Notes: generated by a model not told the origin, from the sequence alone. Shown: positions 1 through 14,903, counted from the stretch's first letter. The stretch: DNA of 64,000 nucleotides from the human T2T-CHM13v2.0 reference genome, Homo sapiens (GCF_009914755.1 NC_060929.1); one strand, 5' to 3'. Translations and numbers: made by a program.

Positions 1-1053
1 TAGTATTTCCTTCAGAAGACGTTTTAACCTTTTCAGTCTTTTGGATGTCATACCTAAAAAGTTGAAGTGTCCCTCAAAAAGCACCTTAGTTAATACTACA
101 TTTTTCCTAGAGATTTTTAGATGTCTACATTTATCCTGTGCAGAAGTTCAGCTCCTTAGTGACTTTTCAACTAATCAAATAAGCATTCTCTACAATTAGT
201 GTTGGTCATATAGTTGATTTATTCCTTAGGAATTAGCATTACTTATTTGATCAAAGTCATTAGATTGCTTTTACTATCTTAGTTTTCCTCTAAATCTTGT
301 ACAGCATTTTGGGTAGGTTATGGATTGACAGGAGGAGAACATATACACATACATATGTACATTCACATGTGTGCTTTTAGCTTTATGTTTCCAATTTAGT
401 TAACCAAAGATCCGATGTTTTTAGAAGTAAAGTCAGAGTTGAAACAGATGCAATATATCAGCATAATTTCTCTTCATCACAAAGGCCCTCAATAGAGATA
501 AACAGCTGCTAATAACAATATACATATAGATTATGTATATACAATATACAGATAGGGTTCCTGAACCAGGAAAGTTCATTTCTTACTATGTCACTGCCCT
601 TTTTAAGTCACTATTCTATAAGAGCTAACAATCTGTGGGCTATTGCATTTTCATCACTATTCCAGGGAACATGAACTAATAATCTGTGGGCTTCCTTTTA
701 AGGGAATGTTTATAATTACCAGAGTTTCCTGGTTGTTGAAGTGAACTCAGTGTCAGCAAGGACATGTTCTCATCCAGAGGGAGAAAGCAGAGCTAATACC
801 CAGGTGTTCTCTGCCACAAACTTACAAGTGCTCCGGAAAGCCCATTTCCCCATAGGTATTAAAGCTGAAATTTATAACTTTGAATTTTAGAGTAACCCAG
901 TAAGCTCTTGATTATTTTATGTTAGAGAAAAGGACAGAGAAGTATGGCAAACAAAATTCACCAAATTTGTAAAATCACTTATGTTTGGATTTAGAATGAT
1001 TTTTATACTCAGGTTTGAATGTAGCCATATCTGTCATATCTGCTTAGGGGATT

Positions 1054-1099
1054 TATGAAAAATAATCAGTCATACTATGAAAATAATCAGTCATACTAT
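1054..1099. repeat. Two-copy ~22-bp tandem duplication
   Basis: tatgaaaa(a)taatcagtcatac occurs twice head-to-tail. Confidence 0.8.
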
Positions 1100-1244
1100 A
1101 AAAATTTGACCTAACAGGAAGTGAGAAGCTGTTTGGTCTATCTCTTTTTGATGAGAAAAGAATATCTTTCAAAAAACAATGGAAGGTGGGGCCATTTTCA
1201 GAACTTTAATGGAATCCTTTTTGTGAATTCCTAACTTCTGTCTG

Positions 1245-2060
1245 GCATATACTAGGTGCTCAGGAAATGTTTATTGAATGAGTAAATAAGTGAAGTACTT
1301 GTATTCATTGAGGGCTTTAAATGTGTGAGGTGCACAGAATTTAGATATATGAGGACAAAGTCTTGACTCTTAAAATATTTGTTGAGAAGAAACATTCATT
1401 CAGTATTCATCTACTGGATTTTGAATTGTGATGGCCGTGTGAAGCATTCAAGAATGAAGAAGATGAGAGTTTGAAAGGCTATAGTATACAGAAGTATGTA
1501 ATGGGTGCAGGGTTAGAAGCTTGTGAGTAGTTATATATGATACAAGCAGTGTTAAGGAATTTAAGGCAAGAATAGTTGACTTTTGTGAACAAGGAAAGCT
1601 TAATGGAATAGGTAGCATTTAAGCTAGGCCATAAATGTAGCAGGATGAAGCAGGTAGGAAGTAATTTATTTTTGGAGGGGACTTGAGAAAGTACTTGGAA
1701 ACGAGAAAGCACAGGGCCTGATGAGGGCAGGGCACTGTAAAAGGCCTAACTATCTCCACAGGAAAATACTGGGAATAGAAGTGTTGGGCTGGAATGTAGA
1801 GATCTTGAAGCAGACTATTTCGGCTTTCTTTTGGGATCTATTTAATATTTTTGAGTACTATCTTAATGAGATAGATTACAGTGGGGGAAGACTAGAAGCA
1901 AAAAGATCAGTTAGGAATCTGTGGCACTTATCTAAGGGGGAGATTAAAGCTCTTGAAAAAAACACAGAAAAGATGGGGAAAAGTTGGTTGTGAAAAAAGA
2001 AGTGGCAACTTGACATGGGAACTGATTGAGTGACCAAAGAGGAAGCAGCCAAAGAGGACT
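1245..2060. mobile_element. Degraded L2 LINE fragments
   Basis: L2 3'-end motif 'taggtgctcaggaaatgtttattgaatgagtaaat', then 'cattcattcagtattcat' and purine-rich L2-like body on the opposite strand. Confidence 0.55.
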
Positions 2061-2504
2061 CCTGACACATCCTATAAAGGGACATTGTAACTTCAGGGTC
2101 ATATGTGGCCAGAAGACTGTAAATTATAAACCCCCTTAGATCTAGTCTCTAGGGGCTCTCTTTGGAGGAAACTAGTGCATATAGGCTCCCTGCCAGGGAC
2201 ATAGCCCTTCAGGCTTGCCCTCTCCAGAGCTAAATCTCTGAGTCTGTGGCTGGGAATTAGGAGCCAAGTAGTCAGTGTGGTGGGAAAAAGTGGCTTAGTG
2301 TGCCAAGTAGAGAAGTGAGCACTGCAGAAGCTGAGATGACGAAGACCAACAGCAGGAGCCAGACAGTAGAGGAATTACTGCTGCACCCAAGCAATGTCCT
2401 CAAGGGATGGGAAGATGAAACTTTCCCAAGGACTGAGCAGAAGGAGTTGGCAGAAAAGAGGGTTGATTGTTGTTGGCCTTTGTGTGTTTTTATCCTTTTT
2501 CATT

Positions 2505-2510
2505 AAAAAA

Positions 2511-2562
<52 letters not shown>
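2505..2562. repeat. Compound microsatellite A24-(TA)17
   Basis: Seen directly in the sequence. Confidence 0.95.
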
Positions 2563-2563
<1 letters not shown>

Positions 2564-3179
2564 TTATTAAGGACATTTTAGAAAACAGAGGCAGGTAAAA
2601 ATGGAAAAAAAACTTTTTTTCTATCTGCATAGAACTCTTAATATTTTGGCATAATTTTACAAGTCTTTCTATGAGGCAGGTTTTTTTCAGCTGAAGGTAA
2701 CAGTATGTACCACATAAATGCAAAAGATAGCTATTAATGCTATTGTTTGTTACTGTTAGTTTACAGTAAGTAGACAGTAGTCAAATCATAAAAGAACTTG
2801 TATTTTGTTGGGGAGCTACTGAAGAATTTTCAGCATGGAAGGGGCATGATCAGATTCATATTTTAGAATGGTTTCTTTGGCCTAAATATGAACAGTGGAT
2901 TAGAAGGCCCTGAGGCTTGAAGTCTGGAAATCAGTTTTGAGGCCGGATCATAAGGGGCTAATCAAGGCATTGGGAATGGCTAGGCCAGGGGTAAGGGGAC
3001 TGGATACCAAAGAAATTTGAGAGCTTTGTAAGGGAGAATTGACAGGATGTGGGGACTGACACATTGTGAAGGTAGAAAAGCATGCTATAGCTATCTCAAT
3101 TAGGTGTCCCACAGGGACTTCAAATTCAACATTTCCAACACAGAAATTGTAATCATTCTTACCAAATTTATACCCTGTC

Positions 3180-3587
3180 TATCTTTGTCCATTTTCTGCT
3201 GCTATAACAGAATATGAAAGAATGGGTCATTATAAGCAACAGAAGTTTGTTTGGCTTTATAGCTCTGGAGGCTGGGAAGTCCAAGACCATGGTGCTGGCA
3301 TCTGACGAGAGCCTTTGTGCTTTGTTAGCCCATGGTAGGAGGAGGAAGATGGAAGACTGAAAGACAAGTGAGGGTGCAAGACAGAGGGAGGAAATAAGTC
3401 CAAACATCTTGTTTCAGGAGCTCACACCCATAATGATGAACCTATTCACATGATAATGGCATTAATCTACTCATGAGGGCAGATTGCTCATGGCCTAATC
3501 ACCTCGTAAAGATCCCACCACTTAATACCATCACAATGGCACTTGAATTTCAACATGAGTTTTGGAGGGGACATTTAAAACATAGCA
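3180..3587 (-). mobile_element. MaLR solo LTR (MST/MLT1A-like) inserted in an L2 remnant
   Basis: Runs from 'tatctttgtccattttctgctgctataacagaata' to 'catgagttttggaggggacatttaaaacatagca'. 5-bp TSD ctgtc/ctgtt. L2-like flanks at ~3083-3175 and ~3590-3780. Confidence 0.8.
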
Positions 3588-3788
3588 CTGTTCTAGATTC
3601 CCTCTCTCAGTGAATATACCCTTACCCACCTAGTTACCAAGCTAGAAATTTGAAAGTCATCCTGAAGTCTTATTTCTGTAATATCTATCACTACATCTAG
3701 TCAGTCACCAAAACCTATCAGATCTTCCACATAAATATTTAAGAGTCTTTTTTTATATCTTTGTTACCTCTGTATTTGCCAAGTTTAG

Positions 3789-4129
<341 letters not shown>

Positions 4130-4138
4130 TGACTTAAA

Positions 4139-4358
4139 ATAGTAGTTGACAAACTGCAGACTACAGACCTAATACAGCCTGCCATCTATTTTTGAAATGT
4201 TTTAATAGAATATAGCCATTCTTTTACATTTTGTCTATTGCTGCTTTTATGCTACGATGACAGATTTGAGTAGTTGTGATTGAGACCATGTGGCCTACAA
4301 ACCCTAAAATATTTATTTAGTACTATCGGGTCCTATACAGAAAGTTTGCTTACCCCTG
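4139..4358. mobile_element. MER58A-like hAT-Charlie MITE
   Basis: Contains 'gagtagttgtgattgagaccatgtggcctacaaaccctaaaatattta...aaagtttgcttacccctg', matching the MER58A consensus and terminal repeat. Confidence 0.8.
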
Positions 4359-4427
4359 GTTTACAATAGTGTAATATAACTGAATTCCCTACTTGTAGGC
4401 TTCAATCTGGCCTTTCCTACATTGATG

Positions 4428-4732
4428 TTTTATTTTATTTTTATTTATTTATGAGACAGAGTCTCACTCTGTCACCCAGGCTGGAGTGCAGTGGCGTGGT
4501 CTCAGCTCACTACAACCTCTGCCTCCTGGGTTCAAGCGATTCTCCTGCCTCAGCCTCCTGAGTAGCTGAGACTGCAGGCACCCGCCACCATGCTGGCTAA
4601 TTTTTTGTATTTTTAGTAGAGACGAGATTTCACCATGTTAGCCAGGATGGTCTCGATCTCCTGACCTCGTGATCCACTCTCCTCAGCCTCCTAAAGTGCT
4701 GAGATTACAGGCGTGAGCCACTGCTCCCAGCC
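4428..4732 (-). mobile_element. Alu (Sc/Y-type)
   Basis: Antisense Alu with 'gttagccaggatggtctcgatctcctgacctcgtgatcc' and a (TTTA)n tail. Confidence 0.95.
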
Positions 4733-4734
4733 TA

Positions 4735-5032
4735 TTTTTTTTTTTAATTAGATAGGATCTTGCCCTGTCACCCAGGCTGGAGTGCAGTGGCATGATCTTG
4801 ACCCACTGCAGCCTCCGCTTCCCAGGCTCAAGCAATTCCTCCCACTTCAGCCTCCTAAGTAGCAGGGACTGCAGGTGCACACCACCATGCCCGGCTTATT
4901 TTTTGTATTTTAGGTGGAGATGGGGTTTCGCCATGTTGCCCAAGCTGGTCTCAAACTCCTGACTCAAGCAATCCGCCCACCCTCACCCTCTCAAAGTGCT
5001 GGGATTACAGGCGTGAGCCACCCTACCCGGCC
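4735..5032 (-). mobile_element. Older Alu (J-like), tandem with the preceding Alu
   Basis: Antisense Alu with J-type 'caggctcaagcaattcctcccacttcagcctcc'. Confidence 0.9.
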
Positions 5033-8000
5033 TTTTTCAAGTTCTAATTGTTTCTCAAGATTCTTTTGCCAATAAACCCTAAATCTCAGTCTTCAAGTCC
5101 TTTGTAATGTTTCACCTTAAAAGGAATCATTTATGTAAGAATAATCAATCTCCATTAATGTTAATGTTACAAGGTTTACTCTTTCAAGGTTTTGTGTAAG
5201 GATTTTTTGATTTATCTGTGTTTTTCTAAAATGATATTTCTTGAAAAGCCTCAGTCCACTGGTTGTCAGTTGTATATCTCAGTACAAAGGAAGATAGTAA
5301 GTATTTTTGCCAGACATTAGCTTTATTTGTTCAGCAAGAACTCTGAGATTTTCTAAGATTTTAATACCTCTACTGTTTTCATTTATTTTGTGACTCTGAA
5401 AAGCCCACTACCATATGTTATCAGGAAACTCAAGAGAGCCTTTCTTTGACTTCCAGATTCACAACAATAGAAAAAGTTAAAGATAGCCACTTTCTCGGAA
5501 AGAGAGAATAGAATCAAGGATTTGCTGCACATATGTGGGAGTATTGATATTAACATCTCAATTCTAATTAACTCACATTGAGACAGTTTTTTGAAGTGTT
5601 AATGCATTTTATTTGTAGGTTTAGTCTCAAACAAATTCCACTAATGACATAACTCCCAGGAGAGATTAGCAGTATCCAGAAATCAGTCCACTTTTTATCC
5701 TCCACCCAATTAAAATATAATATTATGTAAATGTTTTGACATATCTATATCTAGTAGGAAGAATTATAACAGAAGAGAAAAACCTTATTTTCTAGGCAAA
5801 CAAGTGAAATGAATTGGTAGATTTTAATCTGGAGAAGTTCACAGGCACTTAAAAATTACTTGCTTATCTTTTTCTAAACATTAACAGAATTTTTTATAGT
5901 GCTGGAAAATCAAAATGGAAGTATAGTTATAGTCATTTAAATACCTACATGATTTTTTAAAATGTACAGGGTCTGGTGCCTAGTGACATCAGCAAAATAA
6001 CAGAAGAGGAAGTCTCAAGCTCCACTTCCATGCCCTGCCTCCCACTGCTGCCCCTCCGCCACCCCGCAGCCCCGACCCACAAAGTTCAGCTAGACTAGAC
6101 TAGAGCATCCTTTTGAAAACTGCTACACTTGGAAACAAGCCTGAGATACCTGCATGATTTTCATAACTGAATAAAACCTGAATTAGAAGTGTAAGAACGG
6201 TCTTATTCCAACAGTGCTGCCCCTCCCCTTCCCTTAAGTCAAGCACAACACCAGATGGAGATTTTTTTCCCTGAACCCAGAATTTCAACAGGGGGGAAGG
6301 GAATTGGATGCAGTCATCCAGCATACCTAGCATTCTGATATGCTTCTTATGAAACCCACTCCGAAGCAATCAGCATGGCTAGACTGCCTGGAGTCGGGTA
6401 GAAATAAAGGAGGCAGAGGTCATATTGACCAGTGCATGGATCTTGACAGTACCTCTGTGTTCCTGACAGCTGTGATGCCTGGTCACAGATACCAGCCAAC
6501 CTCATAGTTGACCCCCAAAGCTAAGCTAGTTGCCTTGAGAAGGAAGATGGGAAGTTCATCCTAGCTTGAGTCCTTAGGCTGCTAGTTTCCCACCCAGCCT
6601 CAGAGCCCACCTCTGTGACCTGCATATGCAGGGGGATGCCCACTTCCTCCCATTTTGGAGAAGTGAAGGGTCTATACCAGTTTGACTTGAGAAGTCAAGC
6701 AGCAGCTCCCCTCACCCTCAGCCAAAAAACCTGCTTTACAACCCCACCCAGGCAGAGAGACTCTCCACCTTTATGAATTTCAGAGAATTAAATGGTCTAG
6801 ACTGACTTGACATGGGTGCTCAAGCAGTGGCTCCATTCAGCCAATAAGCCATTCCAGTGACTTTGCATAGGCAGGGAGATTTCCACTTTCACGCATCTTA
6901 GAGAAGCATAGAGCCTAGACCTGTTTGACCCAGGCAGTCAAACAGCCACTCAACTCTGCCACAAAGCAATCCCATGGCTCTACCCTGATAGGGAGGTAAT
7001 CCTCAATTGTGCATTTCTAAGGGGTACAGCTTCTGGTATTTCTCCTCTCCCAGGAAATTACTCTGCCTAACCTTGGAGCCCAGCCTACAGCCCGGCCCAA
7101 CTGCAGATCTCAAATAGCAGAATTGCCCATCCAGGGAATACAACTTGCAACTGGCCTGATGAGAAGCCATCACAGTTTCTAGCCATTAACTCTGCCTAAT
7201 AGCAGAGCCCAGCCACTGATCTCACCAGACAGTGGAGTCTATCCAGCAGCCCCATGTAACATCAGAGGAAAGGCATCTGCCCAGCAAATTAGAGAACTCC
7301 CAACAAGCTCTGACTCCCTGGGATCATCACCAGCTGGCCCTTCCCAGGCTAAACTAAATAGTGAACCTCTATCCATGCCAAAGAACACCTATTGTAAAGG
7401 CTAGAAGAGGGGGCTTTCTCCTCAAATGCATAGACAATAACACAAGGACACAAGAACTACAAAGAACAAAAGAAATCCCAAAAGAAACTAATAAAGCTTC
7501 AGTAATGGACCCCAAAGAAACGGAGATATTTGGAATGACTGAGGAAGAATTTAGAATACTACTCATAAAGATGTTCAGTGATGTACAAGAATATATGGAT
7601 AGAAAATGTAATAAAATTTGGAAACTGATACCTAACAAAAATAACAAGTTTGACAGAAATAGAAACAATATAAAAGAAACACATATAAATTCTAGAGTTG
7701 AGGAATACAATGACTGAACTGAAAAATTCAATAGAAAGCATCATTGGTGGATTTGATAGAGCAGAAGAAAGAATCAATGAGCTGGAAGACAGCATTTGAT
7801 ATTATCCAGTTAGAGGACCAGAAAGACAAAAGAGTGAAAAAGAATGAAGAAAGCTTATGGGACTTATGAGACACCATCAAGAGTTCAAACCTTTGCATAC
7901 TAGGATTTGCAAAAGAAGAAAGAGAAAAAGGGTCACAAAGCCTATTTAAGGAAAGAATGACTGAAAAATCCCCTAATCTGGGAATAGATGTGAATATCCA

Positions 8001-8550
8001 GGTACAAGAAGCACAGAAATTTCAATCAAATTCAACACACAGAGGAGTACACCAAGGCATACAATAATCTAGCTGTCAAAAATCAAAGACAAAACATTTT
8101 GAGAACAGCAAGAGATAATAAACACATCACATACAAAGGAGACAATATGACTATCAGCAGATTTCCCAGCAGAAACCCAGTAGGCCAGGAGAGAGTGGCA
8201 TAATATAATTGAAATGCCGGAGGAAAACAAACACAAAAACTACCAATCAAGAATACTTAACCCAGCAAAGCTATCTTTCATAATTGAGAAGGAAATAATA
8301 CTTTCTCCCTCAGTTTCATGAAACATATGAATTGCAAAACTCAATGGTATATGTAAAATAGTGCCATATTCAGAAAACTGTAGGACTGTAATAATGGTGC
8401 ATAAGGCAATTTCATCCCTAGTACATGAGTCAAAAAACAAAAATATTAATAGCAGCTATAGCTAAAATAAATTATCAAGGTATACACATTAAAAATGATG
8501 TAAATTCTGCCATTAAAAACATAATGTTGAGGGGGTATGAAAAAGTATAG

Positions 8551-8655
8551 AATTGTTGTATGCAAAGTTAATTGTTGTATGCAAAGTTAAGTTGTTATCA
8601 GCTTATACTTGATTGTTTATAAGCTGTTATCAGTTTATACTTGATTGTTTATAAG
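8551..8655. repeat. Two adjacent tandem duplications (19 bp x2 and 32 bp x2) inside the L1
   Basis: aattgttgtatgcaaagtt x2, then tgttatcag(c/t)ttatacttgattgtttataag x2. Confidence 0.9.
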
Positions 8656-8802
8656 ATGTTCTGTGTAAACCTCATGGTAATCACAAAGCAAAAATCTTTA
8701 GTGGAAATATAAAGCAAAAATAGAAAGGATTCAAAGCATACCACTATAGAAAACCATCAAATCACAAAGGAAGACAGCAAGGGAGGAAGACAAAAAAAAT
8801 TA

Positions 8803-9175
<373 letters not shown>

Positions 9176-11524
9176 TCAATAATTACCTTGCTTATAAATG
9201 GATTAAATGCTCTAATAAAAAGACAGTTACTGAATGGATTAAAAAACAAGACTTAGCTATATACTGTATACAAAGATACATCTCACTTTTAAGGATACAC
9301 ATAGATGGAAGCTGAAGGGATAGATAGATATTCCATGCAAATTCAAACCAAAAGAGAGTAGGGGTAGCTATACATACATAAGACAAAGTTGATTTTAAGT
9401 CAAAACCCATAAAATGAGACAAAGGACATTACACAATGATGAAGGGGTCAATTTACCAAAAGGATACAACAATTATAAATATGTTTGCATCTAACATTGG
9501 AGCATCTAAATATATAAAACAAAGATAAAAAGATCTGAAGGGAGAAATAGATTGCAGCACAATAACAACAGGGGACTTCTATACCTCACTTTCAAAAATG
9601 GACAGATTAGCAATCCAGAAAATTAATAAGGAAACACTGGACTGTAACAATACTTTTGACCAAAGGGACCTCACAGACATATATTAAAACATTCCGTTCA
9701 ACAGCAACAGAATACAAATTTTCCTTGAGGACACACAGAACATTCTTCAGCTTAGATAACAAAATAAGCCCCAGCAAATTTAAGATGATTCAAATTATAT
9801 TAAGTATATTTTCTGACCACAATGATATGAAGGTAGAAATCAATAACAGGAAGAATTTTGGAAAAATTTAAAAATACATGGAAATTGCACAACATGTTTC
9901 TAAAAACAAATGGGTCAATGAAGAAATTAAATGGGAAATTTAAAAATATATTGGGAAAAATGAAAATGTAAATACAACATACTAAGACTTACGGGATACA
10001 GCAAAAGCAGTTCTATGAGGAATGTTTATAGCAAAAAAAAAATATCAAAAAAGAGAGAAAGATCTCAAACAACTTAATGTTACAACTCAAGGAAATAGGA
10101 AAAAGAACAAACTAAGCCTAAAGCTAGGAGAGAAAAAATACAATAAAGATCAGAGCAGGGATAAAGAAATAGAGACTAGAAAAATAATACAAAACATTAA
10201 CAAAATTAAGGGTTGATTTTTGAAAAAATAAAATTGACAGATTTTAGCTAACTTAAGAGAAAAGGAGAGAAGGGTAAAATAAATAAAATCAGAAATTAAA
10301 AGAGAAGACAGTAGAACTGATACCATGGAAATACCAAAGATCATAAGAGACTATTATAAACAATTATGCACCAACATATAGGACAACCTAGGAGAAATGG
10401 ATAAATTCCTAGACATATACCACCTACCAAGAAGCTGAACAGACCAATAATGAGTAAGCAGATTGAATTAGTAATTCTTAAGATCTCCCACCAAAGGAAA
10501 GCACAGCCATGGTAGTTTCACAGCTGAATTATAGTAAACATTTAAAGAACTGATATCAATCCTTCTCAAACTCTTCCAGAAAACCAAAGAGGAGGGAATA
10601 CTTTCAAACCCTTTTTATGAGTCCAGCATTGCTGTGATACCAAAGCCAGACAGTGATGTTACCAGAAAAGCAAATTACAAGTCAATATTCGTGATGAGCA
10701 TAGATGCAAAAATCCTCAAGAAAATACTGGAAAACCAAATTCAATTATACATTAAAAGGATTCTCTACCATGATCAAATGGGATTTATCCCTGAGATACA
10801 CAAAAGACTCAACATACACAAATCAATAAATGTGGTACATCACATTAACAAAATGAAGTATAAAAACCATGTGATCATGTCACTAGATGCAGGAAAAGCA
10901 TTTGATAAAATTCAACATTCTTTTATTATAAAAAGTCACCAAATTAGGTATAGAAGGAATGTGCCTCAACACAATAAAAACCATGTAAGAGAAGCCTACA
11001 GCTAATAATATACTCAATGGTGAAAAAGCTGAAAGCTTTTTCTCTTAAAATCTGAAACAAGGTAAGGATGCCCATTCTCACCACTTCTATTCAGATAGCA
11101 CTAGAATTCCTTTCCAGAGCAGACAGCCAAGAGAAAGAAATAAAAGGCACACAAATAGGAAAGGAAGAAGTAACATTGTGAATGTTTGCTGACAACACAA
11201 TGTTATATGTAGAAAACTCTACAGACTCCACCAAAGAGCTATTTGAACTAATAAAGTTGCAGGATACAAAATCAACACAAAGAGCAGTAGCACTTCTGTA
11301 CACTAACAATGAACTATCTGAAAAAGAAATCAAAAGAACACTCCTATTTCCAATAGCTACCAAAAAAAAAAAAAAGATAAGAAATTAGGAATAAATTTAA
11401 CTATGAAGGTGAAAGACCTGTACACTGAAAACTGTAAAAAGAAATTAAAGAAGACAAAGAAATGGAAAGATATCACATGTTCTTGTATTGGAAGAATTAA
11501 TGTTGTTAAAATGTACATACTAAT

Positions 11525-11742
11525 TGATATGGTTTGGATCTGTGTCCCTGTTCAAATCTCATGTTGAATTGTAATCCTCAGTATTGGAGTTGGGACCTGG
11601 TGGGAGGTGATTAGATCATGGGGGTGGTTTCTCATGAATGGGTTAGCACCATCCCTCTAGTGCTGTTCTCGTGAAAGAGTTCTCACAAGATCTAGTTGTT
11701 TAAAAGTATGCAGCACCTCCAATGGGAGAACACACTAATACA
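11525..11742 (+). mobile_element. MST-type MaLR LTR with internal deletion
   Basis: tgatatggtttggatctgtgtcc...gcagcacctcc is joined directly to the LTR terminus aatgggagaacacactaataca. Degenerate TSD ctaat/ctacc. Confidence 0.8.
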
Positions 11743-11756
11743 CTACCCAAAGTCAT

Positions 11757-12118
11757 TGATATGGTTTGGCTGCATGTCCCCACCCAAATCTCGTCTCAAA
11801 TTGTAATTCCCCCATGTCAAGGGAGGGACCTGGTGGGGGGGTGATAGGATCATGGGGGAGGTTTTGCCCATGCTGTTCTCGTGATAGTGAGTTCTCATGA
11901 GATCTGATAGTTTAAAAGTGTGTGGCAGTTCTCTCTCTCTCTCTCTCCTGTCACCTGGTGAAGAAGGTGCTTCCTTTTCCTTTGCCTTCTGCCATGATTG
12001 TCAGTTTCCTGAGGCCTTCCCAGCCATCTGGAACTGTGAGTCAATTAAACCTCTTTTCTTTATAAAATAACTCAGTCTCAGGTAGTTCTTTATAGCAGTG
12101 TGAGAATGGACCAATATG
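11757..12118 (+). mobile_element. MSTA/THE1-type MaLR solo LTR
   Basis: tgatatggtttggctg...gaactgtgagtcaattaaacctctttt...gagaatggaccaata. TSD gtcat/gtgat. Confidence 0.88.
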
Positions 12119-14608
12119 GTGATCTATGGATTTAATGCAATCACTATGAAAAGTCCAATGTTACTTTTCTTAGAAATAGAAAAAATAATCTTAAAATTCA
12201 TATGAAACTACATACAAACACACACACAAAAATCCCTTAAATAGCCAAGGCAATTATGAGCAGAGAGAGCTAAGCTGGAGGTATCATACTACCTGATTTT
12301 AAACTATACTACCTATACTACAAAGTTGTAGTAATTAAAACAGCTTGGTACTGGCCAAAAAAAAAGACCCGTCAACCAATTGAAGGGCATAATAGAAAAC
12401 TCAGAAACAAACCCATGCATGTATGATCAATTGATTTTTGACAAAGGGCCAAAAACCTGCATTGGGAAAAGGATAGTCTCATCAATAAGTGGTTTTGGGA
12501 AAACTGGATATCCACATGGAGAATAATGATATTGGGCCCATATACAAAAATCAACACTAAATAAGTAGGCTTAATCTTAAGACCAGAAACTGTAAATCTG
12601 ACAGAAGAAAACATAGGGGGAAAATGACATATTAGTACAGTTAATGATATTTTGGATTTGACAAGAGGTAACAAACGCAAAAATAGATAAGTGGGATTAC
12701 ATCCACTGAAAAGCTTCCACACAGCAAAGGAAACAATTAACAGTGTGCAGAGTCAAACTACAATCGGGAAAAAAATATTTGCAAGCCAGACGTCTAATAA
12801 AGGGTTAATGTCTAAAATATATAAGGAGCTCAAACAACTTAATAGCAAGAAAACAAAACAAAAAAATTAAAACCTGGGGACGGGACCTGAAAAGACATTT
12901 CTCAAAAAAAGACACAAATGGCCAACAGATACATGAAAAAATGTTCAACATCACTAATGATTAGGTAAATGCAAATTAAAACCATGATGAGATATCACCT
13001 CACACCTGTCAGAATGGCTATCAAAAAAAAGTAAAGTGTTGGCAAGGATGTGGAGAAAAGGGAACCCTTGTACACTGTTGGTGGGAATGTAAATTAGTAC
13101 AGCCATTATGAAAACTGTATGATGATTCCTCAAAAATCTAACATTAGCATTATATGAATCAGAAATACCACTTTTAGATATTCACCTAAACGATTTGAAA
13201 TTCATTTGTTGAAGAGATGTCTACACTACATGTTCATTGCAGCACTATTCACAGTCGCCAAGTTACGGACTCAACTTAAGTGTCCATAAACAAATGAATA
13301 TGTAAGGAAAATGTGGTGTATTGTATATGCACAACGGAATACTTTTCAGCTTTGCAAAAGAAGGAAATTCTGTCACTGGCAACATCGATGGAACTGGAGA
13401 ACATTATGCTAAGTGAAGTAAGCCAGGCACAGAAAGACAAATACCCTGTGTTCTCACTTATATGTGGACTCAAACAGTTAAACTCATAGAAGCACAGTAG
13501 AATGGTGGTAAGAGAAGCTGGAGGGGTGGGAGGAATAGGGAGACGATGCTCACAGGGTTCAAAATCATACAGGAGTGATATGTTGTTGGTTTGTTTTTTA
13601 GTTCTATTGCACAGCATCGTTAATGTAGTTAACAATGGAGTATTATACATCTCAAAATGGCTAAGAAAATGAGTATCTAATGTTCTCACCACAGAAGTAT
13701 GTTAAGTATTTGAAGTGATGGATGTTAACTAGCTTGATTTAATTTTTCCACATTGTATTCATAAATCATAACATCACTTTGTACTCCAAAAATTTATACA
13801 ATTATAAATTATCAATTTACAATTTTAAAAAATACTAGAAAATGTTTGAAAGGCATCAAACTTAGCTATATGATTTAATTTAGATGCTAGCTAAGCAATA
13901 CCAAGTAAAAATCTTTACTCATTTTAATTCAAGATGTATTGAATACTTACTAAGTGCAAGGAAGTATGCAGAATGCTCATTTATTTGATACTTTGTTGGA
14001 AAGTTAACTATATTGAATTTATCTCACTCGTTTTCTTTTGTCTTTTAAAGGTGAGAATTCTAACTCTTTTAGAAACTAATAACAGTTTCAATTAAGTTCT
14101 TGAAACCAGATTTTCAGAAAAGTTTATAAACAACTATTTCAGTGTATGACATAGCCTTTCAGTATAATTTGGAGAGCATGATATTGTTACCTGAATTACT
14201 TCTCTTTCTACTACTAGTAGATAATAATCTTCTACTAGTATTAAAACACAGAAATGTTCTTAGAGAGGGAAACATAAGTAACTGGTTAGAGTGCTTCAGT
14301 AATTTTGTATCTGCTACTAACTAATGCCTCGTATTTGGTCATGTTTTTATGTGCACAAATAAACCAAAAGATCACAGTGACTAAAAATGTTTTAATAACT
14401 TTAGGTTGTATACATACTGAATGGCTAAAATCTCCAGCATAAATGAAAATGAAATAAATGGCTACTAATAAAATAGTATGCCTCTATCATATTCTTCAGC
14501 CCAAAGCATTTTTGCTGACAGCATTTATTAGATATCTAAGATCTACTTCAGGGAGGGACAAAAGAGCCAAACAGTGTTTTCAGAGTCAGATGCTTAAAGG
14601 ACGAAAAC

Positions 14609-14903
<295 letters not shown>

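Noticed and set aside
590-692. Repeated ctaa(c/t)aatctgtgggct as a TSD or CRISPR-like repeat
   Set aside because: There are only two copies and similarity extends upstream, so this is an old ~50-bp tandem duplication. The context is eukaryotic with no cas genes.
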